A stretch of 64,000 nucleotides of DNA, taken from contig CAWBYW010000009.1 of the NCBI GenBank assembly GCA_963792965.1, forward strand, positions 192,001-256,000. Reading direction: 5' to 3'. Shown piece by piece: positions 28,016 through 39,636 of this stretch. Below the pieces are notes generated by a model. That model did not search any database. It worked only from the letters and a program-made list of their open reading frames with translations, and was not told where the DNA came from. This DNA is from an uncultured delta proteobacterium. GTDB taxonomy: Bacteria; Desulfobacterota; Zymogenia; Zymogenales; Zymogenaceae. Numbering within the stretch: position 1 is the stretch's first letter; each line of letters begins with the position of its first letter. The translations under genes were made by a program, and so were the position numbers.

Positions 28016-28942
28016 CTACTTGTTATCCTCCTTCACGGGCACCACGTCGATGGTTACCCGCCCCTCCTTAACGCGCACCTTGAGATAGTGGTAAAAGTAG
28101 TGCGCGGCATCCGTGCCGATGAGCGGTGCGCCCGCGCCGCCGGAGATGACGTACGGGATCCCCTCCCACTGCCCGACAAAGTAGCCGTGAATGTGCGAGC
28201 AGAAGATATAGGTGACGCGGTATTTCTTGAGGATATCCATAAGCTTTCGCGCGGGCACAGCAGGGAGGCTGTGCCGGATGGTCGTCCCCGCGGGATCGAA
28301 AAGCGGCTGGTGCATGAAGACAAAGCAGAGCGGATACGCCGTGGCGGCGCACAGCTCATCTTCGAGCCATCGCTCCTGCATCAGATCGATGCCCTCGGAA
28401 CCTGCATCGTCGATGACGATAAAATAGGCGTCTCCGAAGGCAAAGGAATAGTAAAACGGGCCGAGGGTCCGGAAGTAGAGCTCCCTCCCTTTTCCGAGAA
28501 GCTCGTGGTTTCCGATGGCGCAGACCAACGGTTTTTTCAGGTTCTCGCCGACCTGTGAGAGGTAGAGGGCATACCGATCGGACGTACCCATCCCGACGGC
28601 GTCACCCGTGGAGACGGCAAAGGATATGTCAGGATCGCCGTTCACCCGTCTGAGGAGCGCTCTAAAGACATCGGTGCTCCCGCGGTTATCCCCGAAAACG
28701 GCAAAAGAAAAATCGGTCGGCGCGGCGCGTTTCATCTCTCCGATACGGACAAGGCCCGCCGAGGTGAGGTCAGAGCTACTCGCCGGGGGGCATTGGGCGG
28801 CCTGAAGGTAAAAGGGCATGATAAGAAGAGCGACCAGGGCAAAGTACAACATACGGGCGCCGGACACCGGGCGGCTTGGCTTGAACGGATTTTTCGCCGG
28901 TGCTCCACCCCAACGCGGGTAAACCGATATGTGTGTAGACAT
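28016..28942 (-). CDS. exported calcineurin-like metallophosphoesterase
   Basis: FGDNR, TGD, GNHE, HQP, SHIH; start uncertain (28942 or 28852). Confidence 0.87.
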   Translation of the reverse strand: MSTHISVYPRWGGAPAKNPFKPSRPVSGARMLYFALVALLIMPFYLQAAQCPPASSSDLTSAGLVRIGEMKRAAPTDFSFAVFGDNRGSTDVFRALLRRVNGDPDISFAVSTGDAVGMGTSDRYALYLSQVGENLKKPLVCAIGNHELLGKGRELYFRTLGPFYYSFAFGDAYFIVIDDAGSEGIDLMQERWLEDELCAATAYPLCFVFMHQPLFDPAGTTIRHSLPAVPARKLMDILKKYRVTYIFCSHIHGYFVGQWEGIPYVISGGAGAPLIGTDAAHYFYHYLKVRVKEGRVTIDVVPVKEDNK

Positions 28943-29183
28943 GGCGCTGTAAAACCTCCGGCTGTTTCTCATCGTCCCCGTGACGGCGCACCAAGGTGAC
29001 CCTTCCGCTCCCGCGCGGGACACTCCCTAAGAGACAGCCTCCTGTACGGGGACAGAATAGAGGCTGGATATATGATACCTGTGAAATCCGGAACAAGTCA
29101 AGGCCTAAGAGGTCTGATTAATATAGTTTTCTTTTCCCAGATATGTTAGAATGTAAGAATTCCGAACAGGAGGAACCGACGAC

Positions 29184-31157
29184 ATGAGATTCTCAAGAAC
29201 CCTGCTTATTGCTTCCCTCTCGCTTGTTCCGATCCTGATATCCTGCGCTACCGTTCCACGTCCAATGGAAACGCGCGTTCCACAGCCGACCGCGGAAATG
29301 ACGGGCGTCTATACGATGGCCGAACAGGACTTCAAGGGCGGCAACTATTCTCAAGCACTCAAGGAATACCTTTCCTATATCAGCACGTATGGCCCAAATG
29401 CGCTGACCGATAACGCACTGGTCAGGGCGGGAGACATCTACCTCGCCTCCGGGGACCTTGAATCGGCCCAGAACATGTATCTGAGGGTTGTCGGAGACTA
29501 TGTCGGCTCTGACTCGTACGACGAGGCGCGCTATAAGCTCGGCTACGCCTATTATAAGGCGGGAAAATATCCGGACGCGGTCCAGATCCTTAAGGCCCTT
29601 GTCGAGTCCCCGGTCTCGGGGCGTGATGACACCTCGGCCTCTCTGATACTGGCCAAGAGCTACCTGATGACGGGTGACTATTACTCCTCGATCGTCTGGT
29701 TTACAAAAGTCCAGGACGCCACTGCCGACCCCACGATCAAGTCCGAAGCGAAGTCTAACGTAAAGTCGATCGTCGAAAAGTACCTTTCCGAGGATGAGTT
29801 GGTCCGGGTATCGGACGACTTCATCGGCAAGGATGCGGGCGGATATGCGGCTTACGCGCTTGCAAAGATCTACACCTCCCGCGGCGATGTCGACGCCGCC
29901 CACGAACAGCTGTTGAGGATCGTGAGAAACCAGCCGGACCATGAGTATTACTACGAGGCCCAGGGGATGCTCAAGGAAACGGCAGGCCCCACGACCGCCC
30001 GCGAAATCACGATAGGCGTCATCCTGCCGCTGAGCGGGCGCAACTCGTCTTTCGGCATCAGGGTGCGCGACGGAGCCAAGCTTGCCGCAGGCGACATGGG
30101 TTTCACCGAGGGACCGCGCGTTAAGCTGATCATAAAGGACTGCGGGGACGATCCCGCCTCCGCCGCGTCTGCCGTACGGGAGCTCGCGCAGGAAGACGAT
30201 GTCCTGGCCATTGTCGGCCCGATGGTGAAAGAGAGCGCCGTGGCCGCGGCAACGGAGGCCCAGGCCCTCAAAATTCCGATCATCACCCTTACGCGCGCCC
30301 AGGGGATCACGGACATTGGCGATTACGTATTCAGAAACTTCCTCACCAATCCCGATGAGATCAGGGGGCTGGTTCGCTACATCGTCCAGGGCCGGGGGCT
30401 CACGAGGTTTGCCGTCCTCTACCCCGACGACGCCTACGGCAAGGAGATGAAGGATCTCTTCTCGCGGGAGGTCGGCTATTATGGCGCCAGGGTTGTTGCA
30501 GAGACCCCGTACGAGGGCGAAACCGCCGACTTCCGATCGACCCTCAGGACTCTTATCTCCGCCGCCGGCGGAGATAAGAAAAAAACCCCCTTCGACGCCA
30601 TCTTTATCCCCGACTACTACAACACCGTCGGACTCATCATCCCGTACGTCTATTTCTACGACCTGAAGAACGTCACGCTCGTCGGTACCGACGGCTGGAA
30701 CGATCCGGGGCTGTTGTCCATCGGGGGGGATATGCTCATCGGCTCATATTTTGCCGACGCCTTTTGCCCGAACAGCGACCGAACCGAGGTCAAGCGGTTT
30801 GTCGACGACTTCAAGAGCGCGTTTAGCCGGGAGCCGGGGGTGCTTGAGGCGTACGGATACGACACGATACGCATGATCCAGTATCTCATGAAGACCCAGG
30901 GCATCAAGAGCCGAAATGACATGAGACTATCGCTTCTTTCGATCCGCGACTGGGAAGGCGTAACCGGAAGCACTACCATCGACCGGACCGGCGAGTCGAC
31001 GAAGGAGCCGTTCATTCTCACCGTGGTGGAGTCGAAGGTCGAGCCGACGCTCACGATAACCGAGCAGCCCGAGGAGGGAGTGGCGGTCGCCGCGGAGCCT
31101 CCGAAGGAATCCAAGAAGAACCTTATGATCATCGAAGTGCCGGGGGCAAATCGCTGA
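29184..31157 (+). CDS. TPR plus periplasmic-binding-fold lipoprotein (LpoA/LppC-like PBP activator)
   Basis: Lipobox LISC; TPR helices; IGVILPLSG, IVGP, AIFIPD, AYGYD. Confidence 0.8.
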   Translation: MRFSRTLLIASLSLVPILISCATVPRPMETRVPQPTAEMTGVYTMAEQDFKGGNYSQALKEYLSYISTYGPNALTDNALVRAGDIYLASGDLESAQNMYLRVVGDYVGSDSYDEARYKLGYAYYKAGKYPDAVQILKALVESPVSGRDDTSASLILAKSYLMTGDYYSSIVWFTKVQDATADPTIKSEAKSNVKSIVEKYLSEDELVRVSDDFIGKDAGGYAAYALAKIYTSRGDVDAAHEQLLRIVRNQPDHEYYYEAQGMLKETAGPTTAREITIGVILPLSGRNSSFGIRVRDGAKLAAGDMGFTEGPRVKLIIKDCGDDPASAASAVRELAQEDDVLAIVGPMVKESAVAAATEAQALKIPIITLTRAQGITDIGDYVFRNFLTNPDEIRGLVRYIVQGRGLTRFAVLYPDDAYGKEMKDLFSREVGYYGARVVAETPYEGETADFRSTLRTLISAAGGDKKKTPFDAIFIPDYYNTVGLIIPYVYFYDLKNVTLVGTDGWNDPGLLSIGGDMLIGSYFADAFCPNSDRTEVKRFVDDFKSAFSREPGVLEAYGYDTIRMIQYLMKTQGIKSRNDMRLSLLSIRDWEGVTGSTTIDRTGESTKEPFILTVVESKVEPTLTITEQPEEGVAVAAEPPKESKKNLMIIEVPGANR

Positions 31158-31161
31158 GCTC

Positions 31162-31950
31162 ATGAGACTCCCCCTGCGAAAGGCCCTCTTCTCTATCGCT
31201 GTTATGCTGGTTGTGACCCTGGTTATTCCTATAATCAGGGTCGCTTCTTTTATGGGTGGTGATGCTTACGTAGCAAAGGTCTTCGACGGCGACAGCATCC
31301 TGCTTACCGACGGGAGGGAGGTTCGCTACATCGGTATCGACACGCCCGAAGTCGGGGGATATCGGCCCGGAGAATATTGGGGAGATGAGGCATCCGAGGC
31401 AAACAGAAGGCTGGTCGACGGAAAAAAGATCAGGCTCCAGTTCGATAAGGAGCTTACAGATTCATACGGCAGGACGTTGGCATATGTATTTGTGGGGGAC
31501 GTCTTTGTGAACCTCGCGCTTGTGCGTGAGGGAGCCGCGCTCGCCGTCCCCTACCTCCCTAACCTGGCCTATCGGCGGCAACTCAACGACGCCATGGGTG
31601 ACGCCCGGCGCGAAAGGCGGGGCATGTGGGCGCACCCGGAACGGTGGATCGTCGGGTCGGATGACGCGAGGAAGTTTATCGGCCAGTCCAAGACCGTGGC
31701 GGGGCGTGTCCTCTTTGCCAAGGCGGCGCGGCCCGGCGTCTTCCTCAACTTCGGGAAGGATTTTGCGACCGACTTCACGGTCTTCATCCCGAACGAATAC
31801 CTCGTCTATTTTTCCGACTCGGGGATTTCGGATCCCGCCGCGGCCTATCGCGGGCGGACGATCGAGGTGACCGGGACGATTAATGAGAAGAACGGCCCGT
31901 CGATCACGGTTCGCCATCCCGATCAGATATATATCCGCGAGGATCCTTAA
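31162..31950 (+). CDS. thermonuclease (SNase) with C-terminal OB-fold-like domain
   Basis: DGDSI, RYIGIDTPE, DSYGRTLAYV; FLNFG..DFTVFI..VTG. Confidence 0.88.
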   Translation: MRLPLRKALFSIAVMLVVTLVIPIIRVASFMGGDAYVAKVFDGDSILLTDGREVRYIGIDTPEVGGYRPGEYWGDEASEANRRLVDGKKIRLQFDKELTDSYGRTLAYVFVGDVFVNLALVREGAALAVPYLPNLAYRRQLNDAMGDARRERRGMWAHPERWIVGSDDARKFIGQSKTVAGRVLFAKAARPGVFLNFGKDFATDFTVFIPNEYLVYFSDSGISDPAAAYRGRTIEVTGTINEKNGPSITVRHPDQIYIREDP

Positions 31951-32068
31951 GCACAGACCCCTTCCCAAAAGACGCCCAACCCGCGGCAAGAGTCCCACAC
32001 ACAGAACAAAGCGGTCCCCTTTCCTCCCCGTAGCGAGTCCGAGTGAAACCCGGTTTCACCGGCTCTTC

Positions 32069-33238
32069 TTACTTCGACGGAAGGGGCACCTGCGGCTCCG
32101 TCAGGGTGAATTTCCCCTCGGAGATCCAATCCTTGAGGGCCTTCGCTATCTCCTGGGCGCGGAGACGCGAGGAGAGCGGGACCGTCTGGATCTCTTTGCC
32201 CTCGAACGTAATCTTGCCGGTCTTCAGTGCGCCGTAGGTCGTATAGCCGAGGATCTGTCCCGTCATCTGCGGGTAGTCGACGCTGTAGTCGACAATTGGG
32301 GCCTGGATCTCGGCATCCGAGATCGAGGTGTGGTAAGCTATCTCCTCGTTGAGGATGGGGATCGGGATGCCAAGCCCCACCGCCATCGAGCAGCCGTAAC
32401 CCAAAATGCTCACCCCCACAAGATACCGTCCGCTCATCCCCTTGAGGTCTCCCATGACGGCCAGCGTCCCCGACGGCACCGTCGGGACCCCCTTGATCCC
32501 CCGGTTGACTTTCGGGTTGTGCTGGGTACCGTGCCAGACGACATAGCCGACCCCGCCCCCCAGGAATATCCGCGTCCCGAGGCCGACGGTCTTGAAAAGC
32601 GGGTCGTTCAGCAGCGGCGAGAGCTCCCCCGCGCTGCAATAGTTCGCGTTGCTAACCTTCGGGCCGAGCACTCCCATATAAGTATACAGGGTCTTGTCGC
32701 CCTTGTTGACCGCCACGTTGTAGTTCTGGTAGCCGTTGCGCGGGTTCATCAGCATCGCGTACGGGAATTCCTTGAGCCTCATGGCCTTCTTCACACCCTT
32801 GTTGGGATAACAATCGGTGCCGTATGACTCAAGCTCCATCTCGACCTTTTTCCCCATCACCAGGTCCTGGATGACATGGCCGCCGCCATACGGGAACTGG
32901 CCCGGAAACACCTTGTTGAGGGGATCATCGACCGACGGCTCCGTGACGCCGATATAAAGGTCGACGGCCGCGATTCCGCCGTAGGCCGGGACCCGATTCA
33001 TCAACGCTTTTGAGGCGCGGATGCGCGGCTTGGTGTGGCCGAAGTTGAGGAAGGCTCCCGAAGAGCACATCGGACCGAAGGTGCCGGTGGTGACCACATC
33101 GACACGACGCGCCGCCCCCACCTCACCCTCTTTTTTCACGATATCAACCATCTGTTCGGCGGTGACCACCACCACTTTGCCTGACTTGATCTTCTCATTG
33201 ATCTCCGCGATGGTCTTGACGACCGACAAATTCCCCAT
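32069..33238 (-). CDS. DUF39 homocysteine biosynthesis protein (L-aspartate semialdehyde sulfurtransferase)
   Basis: KTIAEINEKI, DVVTTGTFGPMCSSGA, YGGGHVI, TDCYP, NPRNGYQNY, GTQH. Confidence 0.88.
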   Translation of the reverse strand: MGNLSVVKTIAEINEKIKSGKVVVVTAEQMVDIVKKEGEVGAARRVDVVTTGTFGPMCSSGAFLNFGHTKPRIRASKALMNRVPAYGGIAAVDLYIGVTEPSVDDPLNKVFPGQFPYGGGHVIQDLVMGKKVEMELESYGTDCYPNKGVKKAMRLKEFPYAMLMNPRNGYQNYNVAVNKGDKTLYTYMGVLGPKVSNANYCSAGELSPLLNDPLFKTVGLGTRIFLGGGVGYVVWHGTQHNPKVNRGIKGVPTVPSGTLAVMGDLKGMSGRYLVGVSILGYGCSMAVGLGIPIPILNEEIAYHTSISDAEIQAPIVDYSVDYPQMTGQILGYTTYGALKTGKITFEGKEIQTVPLSSRLRAQEIAKALKDWISEGKFTLTEPQVPLPSK

Positions 33239-33375
33239 AGCTTATTATCCTTTGCGACTGTACGATGCCCGCGGAGCGCCTCTGCGGACGATTTATAGAA
33301 AGCGATAGAAGAGCCTCGGTCACCTTCACTTGTTTCCGACACCCTCCCTTCCGGGGAGGCCGTCGGCCCGGGTCC

Positions 33376-33906
33376 CTATTTACAGATCGAGAAGGGGATC
33401 TGTATCGGCATCAGCTTTTCTTTGCCGAGAAAGATGCCCCTCTCGACGGCCCGGCTGTCGATCTTCAGGTTGAAGACAACGCACGGGCTATCCCCGCGAT
33501 CCGTGAAATCAAACCCGACGAGATCTTTCTTGGTCTGATACGAAAAGGTAATCGTGTGACCGTCAAGCAGCGTAATGTCCTCATCCCGCATCCCGCTGTC
33601 GACCGGCCGTACCTCCTCGATGATCCCATTAATGACCCGGATATCCCCGGAAAACGACCTCGCCTGCCCGCCCGATACCGTAACGACATGCCATCCGGCC
33701 CGGTCCTGCCAGAGGTAGTACCCCGCGTCCCGAAGATTGATCAGGGGCTTCCCGAGCTGGTCCTCCTGAGCGAGTGCCGCCACCGACAACAGCATCACGG
33801 CCGCCGGCAGAAGAAGCGACAAGATAAGTATTCGAACGGTGCGCGTGAAGCGGGGCACGGAGGCGTTCGTAGCTTCCTCCGTGCGCAGCGCGCTATGTGC
33901 TCTCAT
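33376..33906 (-). CDS. hypothetical secreted protein
   Basis: Signal peptide ending AALA; beta-rich GYYLWQD..GWH..FSG..GFDF; start may be GTG 33858. Confidence 0.7.
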   Translation of the reverse strand: MRAHSALRTEEATNASVPRFTRTVRILILSLLLPAAVMLLSVAALAQEDQLGKPLINLRDAGYYLWQDRAGWHVVTVSGGQARSFSGDIRVINGIIEEVRPVDSGMRDEDITLLDGHTITFSYQTKKDLVGFDFTDRGDSPCVVFNLKIDSRAVERGIFLGKEKLMPIQIPFSICK

Positions 33907-35450
33907 ACCCGGTGATCTCGATCACGCGCTTATAGAGAGGAGCCAGGGCTTCATACGTCTTCAGGTAGACGTCTTTATAAAGGGCGTCGTAGATTTCATG
34001 GTCCTTCTCGTTTGGACGAAACTCCCGGCCCGTCTTCGTCATTGCGGCAACCGCCTCTTCGAAGTTCTTGAACAGCCCGGTCCCGACGGCGGCGTCGATG
34101 GCGGCCCCCTTAGCGCAGTTCTCGTGTGTATTCATCCGCTTGGCCGGGAGGTTGAAGACGTCAGAGGCGATCTGGACGGCCATATCGCTGCGTGAGCCGC
34201 CGCCGCCGACCCTGAGCTCTTTGAGCGGCACCCCCGTCTTCTTCTGCGCGAGCTCGCCGAGGCGTCTCAGCTCGTAGGCCATCCCCTCGAGGATTGCCCG
34301 ATAGATATGCGCATGAGTGTGGGCGCTCCCGAAACCGATAATGGAGCCCTTGGAGAACTTCAGAGACGGCAGTGGCGTCCAGTACGGCTGCAGCATCAGG
34401 CCGAGGCACCCCGGGGGGATGTCCCGGATGACTTCGTCGAGGACGACCTCGGGGGCGACCTTGCGCTCCTTGGCGATCATGGCCTCGCGCTGTCCCATTT
34501 CCTGCGTGAACCACCTCACCATCCAGAAACCGCGGTAGATGAAGCACTCGATGTTCCAGGCATAGGGGAGCGCCGAACACCAGGTAAAGAAGCGTGAGTT
34601 TCGATCCTCTATATACTTTCGGGTGACGATCTCCATTGCCGTGGCCGTTCCGAAAGAGATGACCCCGATATCCGGGGTGATGGCGCCCGCCCCGAGCGAC
34701 TCGGACTGCTTGTCCCCACCCCCGACGATGATCGGCAGCCCCTCGGGGAGGCCCGTCTCCTTGGCCGCGGCCTTCGTCACGGTTCCAAGGATCTCATCAG
34801 GCTGCCCGATCTCGGGGAGCATATCCGGTCTCACGCTGAAAAGCTCCATGACACCGCCGATCTTGAACCAGTCGAACTTCTTGTGTTCGAGCGGGTAATA
34901 GCCGACGTAGAGTGCACACGAGTCCTTGAACTCGCCGGTCAGCTTCTTGACGAAAAGGGTAGTCACCTGACAGAACTTGTAGGTCTTTTTATAGATGTCG
35001 GGCTCATAGGTGTAAAGCCAGGTGAAACGGGAGTTCTTCTGGACGAATTTGATGAGCTCGTGCTTGCCGATGAGGCCGAACAGGAGCTTTACCTTGAGGC
35101 TCACCGGAGGGGGGTTCTTCGGTGGATCGCTGATCGAGCCAGATGATGCTGTTTCTCAGCGGCGTCCCGTTCTTATCCGTCGGGATGATCGCCGAGCGCT
35201 GCGCGGTAATCCCGAGGGCCGCAAGCTTTTTCGGGTCGAACTTCTTGCTGGCCATCACCTCGCCGACGACTTTGCAGAACTTCTTCCAGTAGTCGTCCGG
35301 GTTCTGCTCGGCCCACCCGGGTCTGAGAGAGAAATAGGGATCGTGGGGAGCCTGGGCGACGACGAGCTCGTTCCCCTGCAGGTCATAGACGATCGCCCGT
35401 ACGCTTTGGGTGCCGCTGTCCACCGCCATCACGAATTCTTTTTCCATCAT
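33893..35450 (-). CDS. FGGY-family carbohydrate kinase (one frameshift at ~35110)
   Basis: DSGTQSVRA, WLDQR, GGGD, AILEG, VGGGGSRS; one extra base in a G/C homopolymer at 35109-35114. Confidence 0.88.
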
Positions 35451-35482
35451 GATACCTACGAATATTTATTTAATAGTTCGAT

Positions 35483-36862
35483 TTATCCACCCGGCTTCCA
35501 TGTCGGATCGTATTCCCGGTAAAACTCGAAGAAGCGCTCTCGGTGCTCCTCGGCCTTGGTGATGAGGTCTTTTTCGGTAATGATTCGGCGCGCGACCATT
35601 ATCTGCTCGATTTTCAGCATCGCCTGCTCGTAGGGAGGGCAGCCGGGCAGGAACGTGTCGTGGCCCGAAAGCGCGATCCGGTTTCTGACCTCCCGCACGC
35701 CTCCGGCACACCCGAGCGCGCAATCGCCGAGGAGAAAGGTGTTCTCACTGTCCCATACTCTGCCGTCGGGAATCTTCGGGTCCACCCCGACGATGAGGCT
35801 CGTTCTCTTCGGGAACTTGTTGAGGGATCCAAGCACCAGCGCCGCCATCAGCCAGCAGGTCGGGCAGGCCCCTCCGATGAAGACATCGACGTTAGGATAG
35901 ACGCCCGTCACCAGCGTATCGATCGGCTGGGTATAGTTGATGGGGAGGATGAACTTCTTCTTCACCTTTTCGATCGGTTCCCCCACTACCGAGATCAGGT
36001 GGGGGAAGGCCGTCCCAAGCCCGTCATGGGCGCCGATCCTTGTCGTCCCGACGACGGTCGGCACTTCGATGCCCATCACTCGGGAGGCGACGGAGTCCAC
36101 CGCGACCGGATCCGCTCCCGCAAGAATGACACCGAGAGGCACGGGGCTTCCACCCTCTCCCGCTCCCATTCCCTCCATGCCGATAAGTCCGTCGACCACG
36201 GTGAGGTCGGGCTTCCGTGCCTTCATGATGTCGACCATGTGCTGGTCCAGATCGTCCCGGTGCCCCAGGTAACGGTCTGCCTCGGTTAAGAGCCCCTGGA
36301 GATTCTTGATACCGAGCGTCACCATGGTCATCGTATGGGTCTTGAGGGCGGGGAGATTGATAAAGACGTCGGCGTCCAGCACCGCCTTGGGATAATCAAG
36401 AAATGAAAGGACCTTTCCTCCGGGGACGGGAACCCTCACGCGCTCGTCTTCCTCGACCCCGAGCACTTCGCCGCCGGCCTCTTCGACGGCCTTTTTCACT
36501 CCGAGGAGCTCCATGACCTCTGCCGTCCTCATCCCCCGGGCCATCTTTCCCGAGGTGGCGGTGGCCAAAAGGTTAAGGCGCTTCATGAGGCTGCCGACGC
36601 TTACCCCTTCGACGACGACGACCCTTTTTGCCCCGGCGTCTCGCGAAAGACCGACAAGGGCGGCGATGGTTCGGCGATCCACCGATATTGGTGGGGGATA
36701 GGGGGCAAAAAGGTTAGGCTTGATAACGACCGTCTGTCCCCGTTTGACGAATCGTCCGATCCCACCTATGAGGTCAACGGACTTCCTAACCATCCCGGTG
36801 ATATCGCTCTGGGTCACCGGGAGGTCAGATCTTGTAATGGATACGGTTGGTTTATCGGTCAC
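35483..36862 (-). CDS. DUF362 domain protein with C-terminal Cys-rich Fe-S domain
   Basis: VIKPNL, PALKTH..TLGIKNL.G, DPVAVD; GACPTC, GDC, GCPP; GTG start 36862 inferred. Confidence 0.85.
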   Translation of the reverse strand: MTDKPTVSITRSDLPVTQSDITGMVRKSVDLIGGIGRFVKRGQTVVIKPNLFAPYPPPISVDRRTIAALVGLSRDAGAKRVVVVEGVSVGSLMKRLNLLATATSGKMARGMRTAEVMELLGVKKAVEEAGGEVLGVEEDERVRVPVPGGKVLSFLDYPKAVLDADVFINLPALKTHTMTMVTLGIKNLQGLLTEADRYLGHRDDLDQHMVDIMKARKPDLTVVDGLIGMEGMGAGEGGSPVPLGVILAGADPVAVDSVASRVMGIEVPTVVGTTRIGAHDGLGTAFPHLISVVGEPIEKVKKKFILPINYTQPIDTLVTGVYPNVDVFIGGACPTCWLMAALVLGSLNKFPKRTSLIVGVDPKIPDGRVWDSENTFLLGDCALGCAGGVREVRNRIALSGHDTFLPGCPPYEQAMLKIEQIMVARRIITEKDLITKAEEHRERFFEFYREYDPTWKPGG

Positions 36863-37065
36863 GGATCTGAGACTCCCCGGCGGTGCCGTTTTATGGCATA
36901 TCATATGCCGGCACCGTCAAAACGATGAGAAATCGCGCTTGTCTTTCTACTATATCATAGTGGGAAGCGATTCTCAATCACGTTTCTGAAAAAAGGGTCA
37001 TGTCCGGACACGGGGCCTCTGTCGGGTCGGGCGGGTCGCGTTGAGCGACCCCGAGGGCGCTCCCA

Positions 37066-37095
37066 TAAAAAAAGGCCGTGTCAACCGGCCTTCTC
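37066..37095 (-). terminator. terminator after tRNA-Leu
   Basis: AAGGCCG-n-CGGCCTT followed by a T tract on minus strand. Confidence 0.7.
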
Positions 37096-37103
37096 TTCAC
37101 GTA

Positions 37104-37190
37104 TGGTGCCGAAGGCGGGACTCGAACCCGCACAGGCGTTAACCCACCACCCCCTCAAGATGGCGTGTCTACCAGTTCCACCACTTCGGC
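37104..37190 (-). tRNA. tRNA-Leu (GAG)
   Basis: GCCGAAG...CTT-GAG-GG..long variable arm..GTTCGAGTC..CTTCGGCACCA; secG-leu synteny; own TTGACA-17-TAGTAT promoter at 37231-37203. Confidence 0.96.
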
Positions 37191-37237
37191 TCTTCTTTCG
37201 TCATACTATCCAAAGACGGAAAGTCTGTCAAGGAGAT

Positions 37238-37561
37238 TTATTTATTTTCACCGGTTGGGATTTTAGGAACTTCCGGCAGCTTTTCCTCAACGCCCGGCTT
37301 GCTCGGGAGACTCTTCATCAATGACGACGAGCCTATCGAGGTCGTGAAGTAGGCAAGCCCGAGGCTCGTGAGCATGAAGATAATCGCCGCCGCCGTTGTC
37401 AGCTTGTTTAAAAAGGTCGCCGGTCCCGCGCTCCCGAACAACGTCTGGCTCGCCCCACCGAAGGCCGCGCCCATATCCTGGCCCTTCCCGGTCTGAAGGA
37501 GCACGATGAGGATCAGCGCAAAGCAGACGATAACATGAACGATTATGATAGCGGCTGTCAT
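37238..37561 (-). CDS. secG: preprotein translocase subunit SecG
   Basis: VLLQTGKG.DMGAAFGGASQTLFGS. Confidence 0.96.
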   Translation of the reverse strand: MTAAIIIVHVIVCFALILIVLLQTGKGQDMGAAFGGASQTLFGSAGPATFLNKLTTAAAIIFMLTSLGLAYFTTSIGSSSLMKSLPSKPGVEEKLPEVPKIPTGENK

Positions 37562-37667
37562 GGAATCCTTCCTTTCTTCTCTAGTGCTTCACTCTACCTT
37601 ACTCAGAGATATCTCTCGTTTCGCCGTCGGTGTCTCGCGGCACTGTGACGGCGTTGTCCCGTCTCCC

Positions 37668-38413
<746 letters not shown>

Positions 38414-38424
<11 letters not shown>

Positions 38425-39620
38425 TTGTGCCCGCCTTTTTCTCCAGCGCCTCAACGCCCGGAAGCGTTTTACCCTCCAACAGCTCGATGAACGCTCCGCC
38501 GCCCGTGGAGATATAGGAGATCTTCCCCGAGAGGTCGCCCGCCTTCTTCAGCGCCGTATCGGTATCGCCTCCCCCGACGATCGTAAGCGCGCCCGAGTTG
38601 GCGACGTCTGCCGCCACCGAAAAGGTCCCCTTGGAAAAGGGCGCCATCTCAAAGACGCCCATCGGGCCGTTCCAGATGATCGTCTTTGCGTCTTGCAGCG
38701 CCTCTTTGAAGAGCTGAGCCGTCGCCGGGCCGATATCCATCGCCATCCAGTGAGCCGGGTACCTCTTGCACCGCCACGGTCTTCACGGCTGCCTGGGCGT
38801 CAAATTTATCGGCGACGACGAGGTCAACCGGGAGAAGGAGCTCCACCTTCTTTTCGCGGGCCTTATCGGCAAGCTTACGGGCATGATCGGTCCAGTCGGG
38901 CTCGATCTTTGAGTCTCCCATGTCAAAGCCGAGGGCGGACAGAAACGTAGAGGCCATGGCGCCGCCGATAATGAGCTTGTCGACCTTCGTGAGGAGATTC
39001 TCGATGGCGCCGATCTTGTCGGAGACTTTTGCACCGCCGAGGATTGCCACCACGGGGTGGGCGGGGTTGGTGACCGCCTTATCGAAGTAGGTGATCTCTT
39101 TTTTCATCAGGAAGCCGCCCACGCAGATATCGAAGAACTCCGTGACGGCGTGCACCGAGGTATGCGCCCGGTGAGAGACGGCAAAGGCGTCGTTCACATA
39201 GATATCGGCGAGTTTCGCGAGCGCCTTCGCAAACCCTACGTCGTCGGTCGTCTCCTCGGGGTGAAACCTCAGGTTCTCTAACAGCAGCACGTCTCCCGGC
39301 TTCATCTCGCGCGCGAGTTTCTCCGTATCAGGACCGATACAGTCGGGCGCCATGACGACGCTTCTTTTCAAGAGCTCGGAGAGCCGCACCGCTACGGGTT
39401 TCAGGCTCATGGACTCGACGACCTTCCCTTTCGGGCGTCCAAGGTGAGACATAAGGATGACTTTCGCCCCCTTTTCGAGGGCATACTCGATGGTCGGCAG
39501 CACGCCCCTGATCCTCGCGTCGTTGGTGATCTTTCCCTGATCGTCCTGCGGGACGTTGAAATCCGCACGGATCAGGAGGGCCTTCCCCTTGATCTCGATC
39601 TCATCGATATATCTGATCAT
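38414..39620 (-). CDS. pgk: phosphoglycerate kinase (frameshift ~38757)
   Basis: [27 protein letters not shown] / [15 protein letters not shown]. Confidence 0.94.
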
Positions 39621-39636
39621 CGTTTTACTCTCCCGA

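Noticed and set aside
37104-37190. tRNA-Leu (and tRNA-Gly at 56975) as island integration sites
   Set aside because: No integrase and no duplicated tRNA 3' end seen in the window
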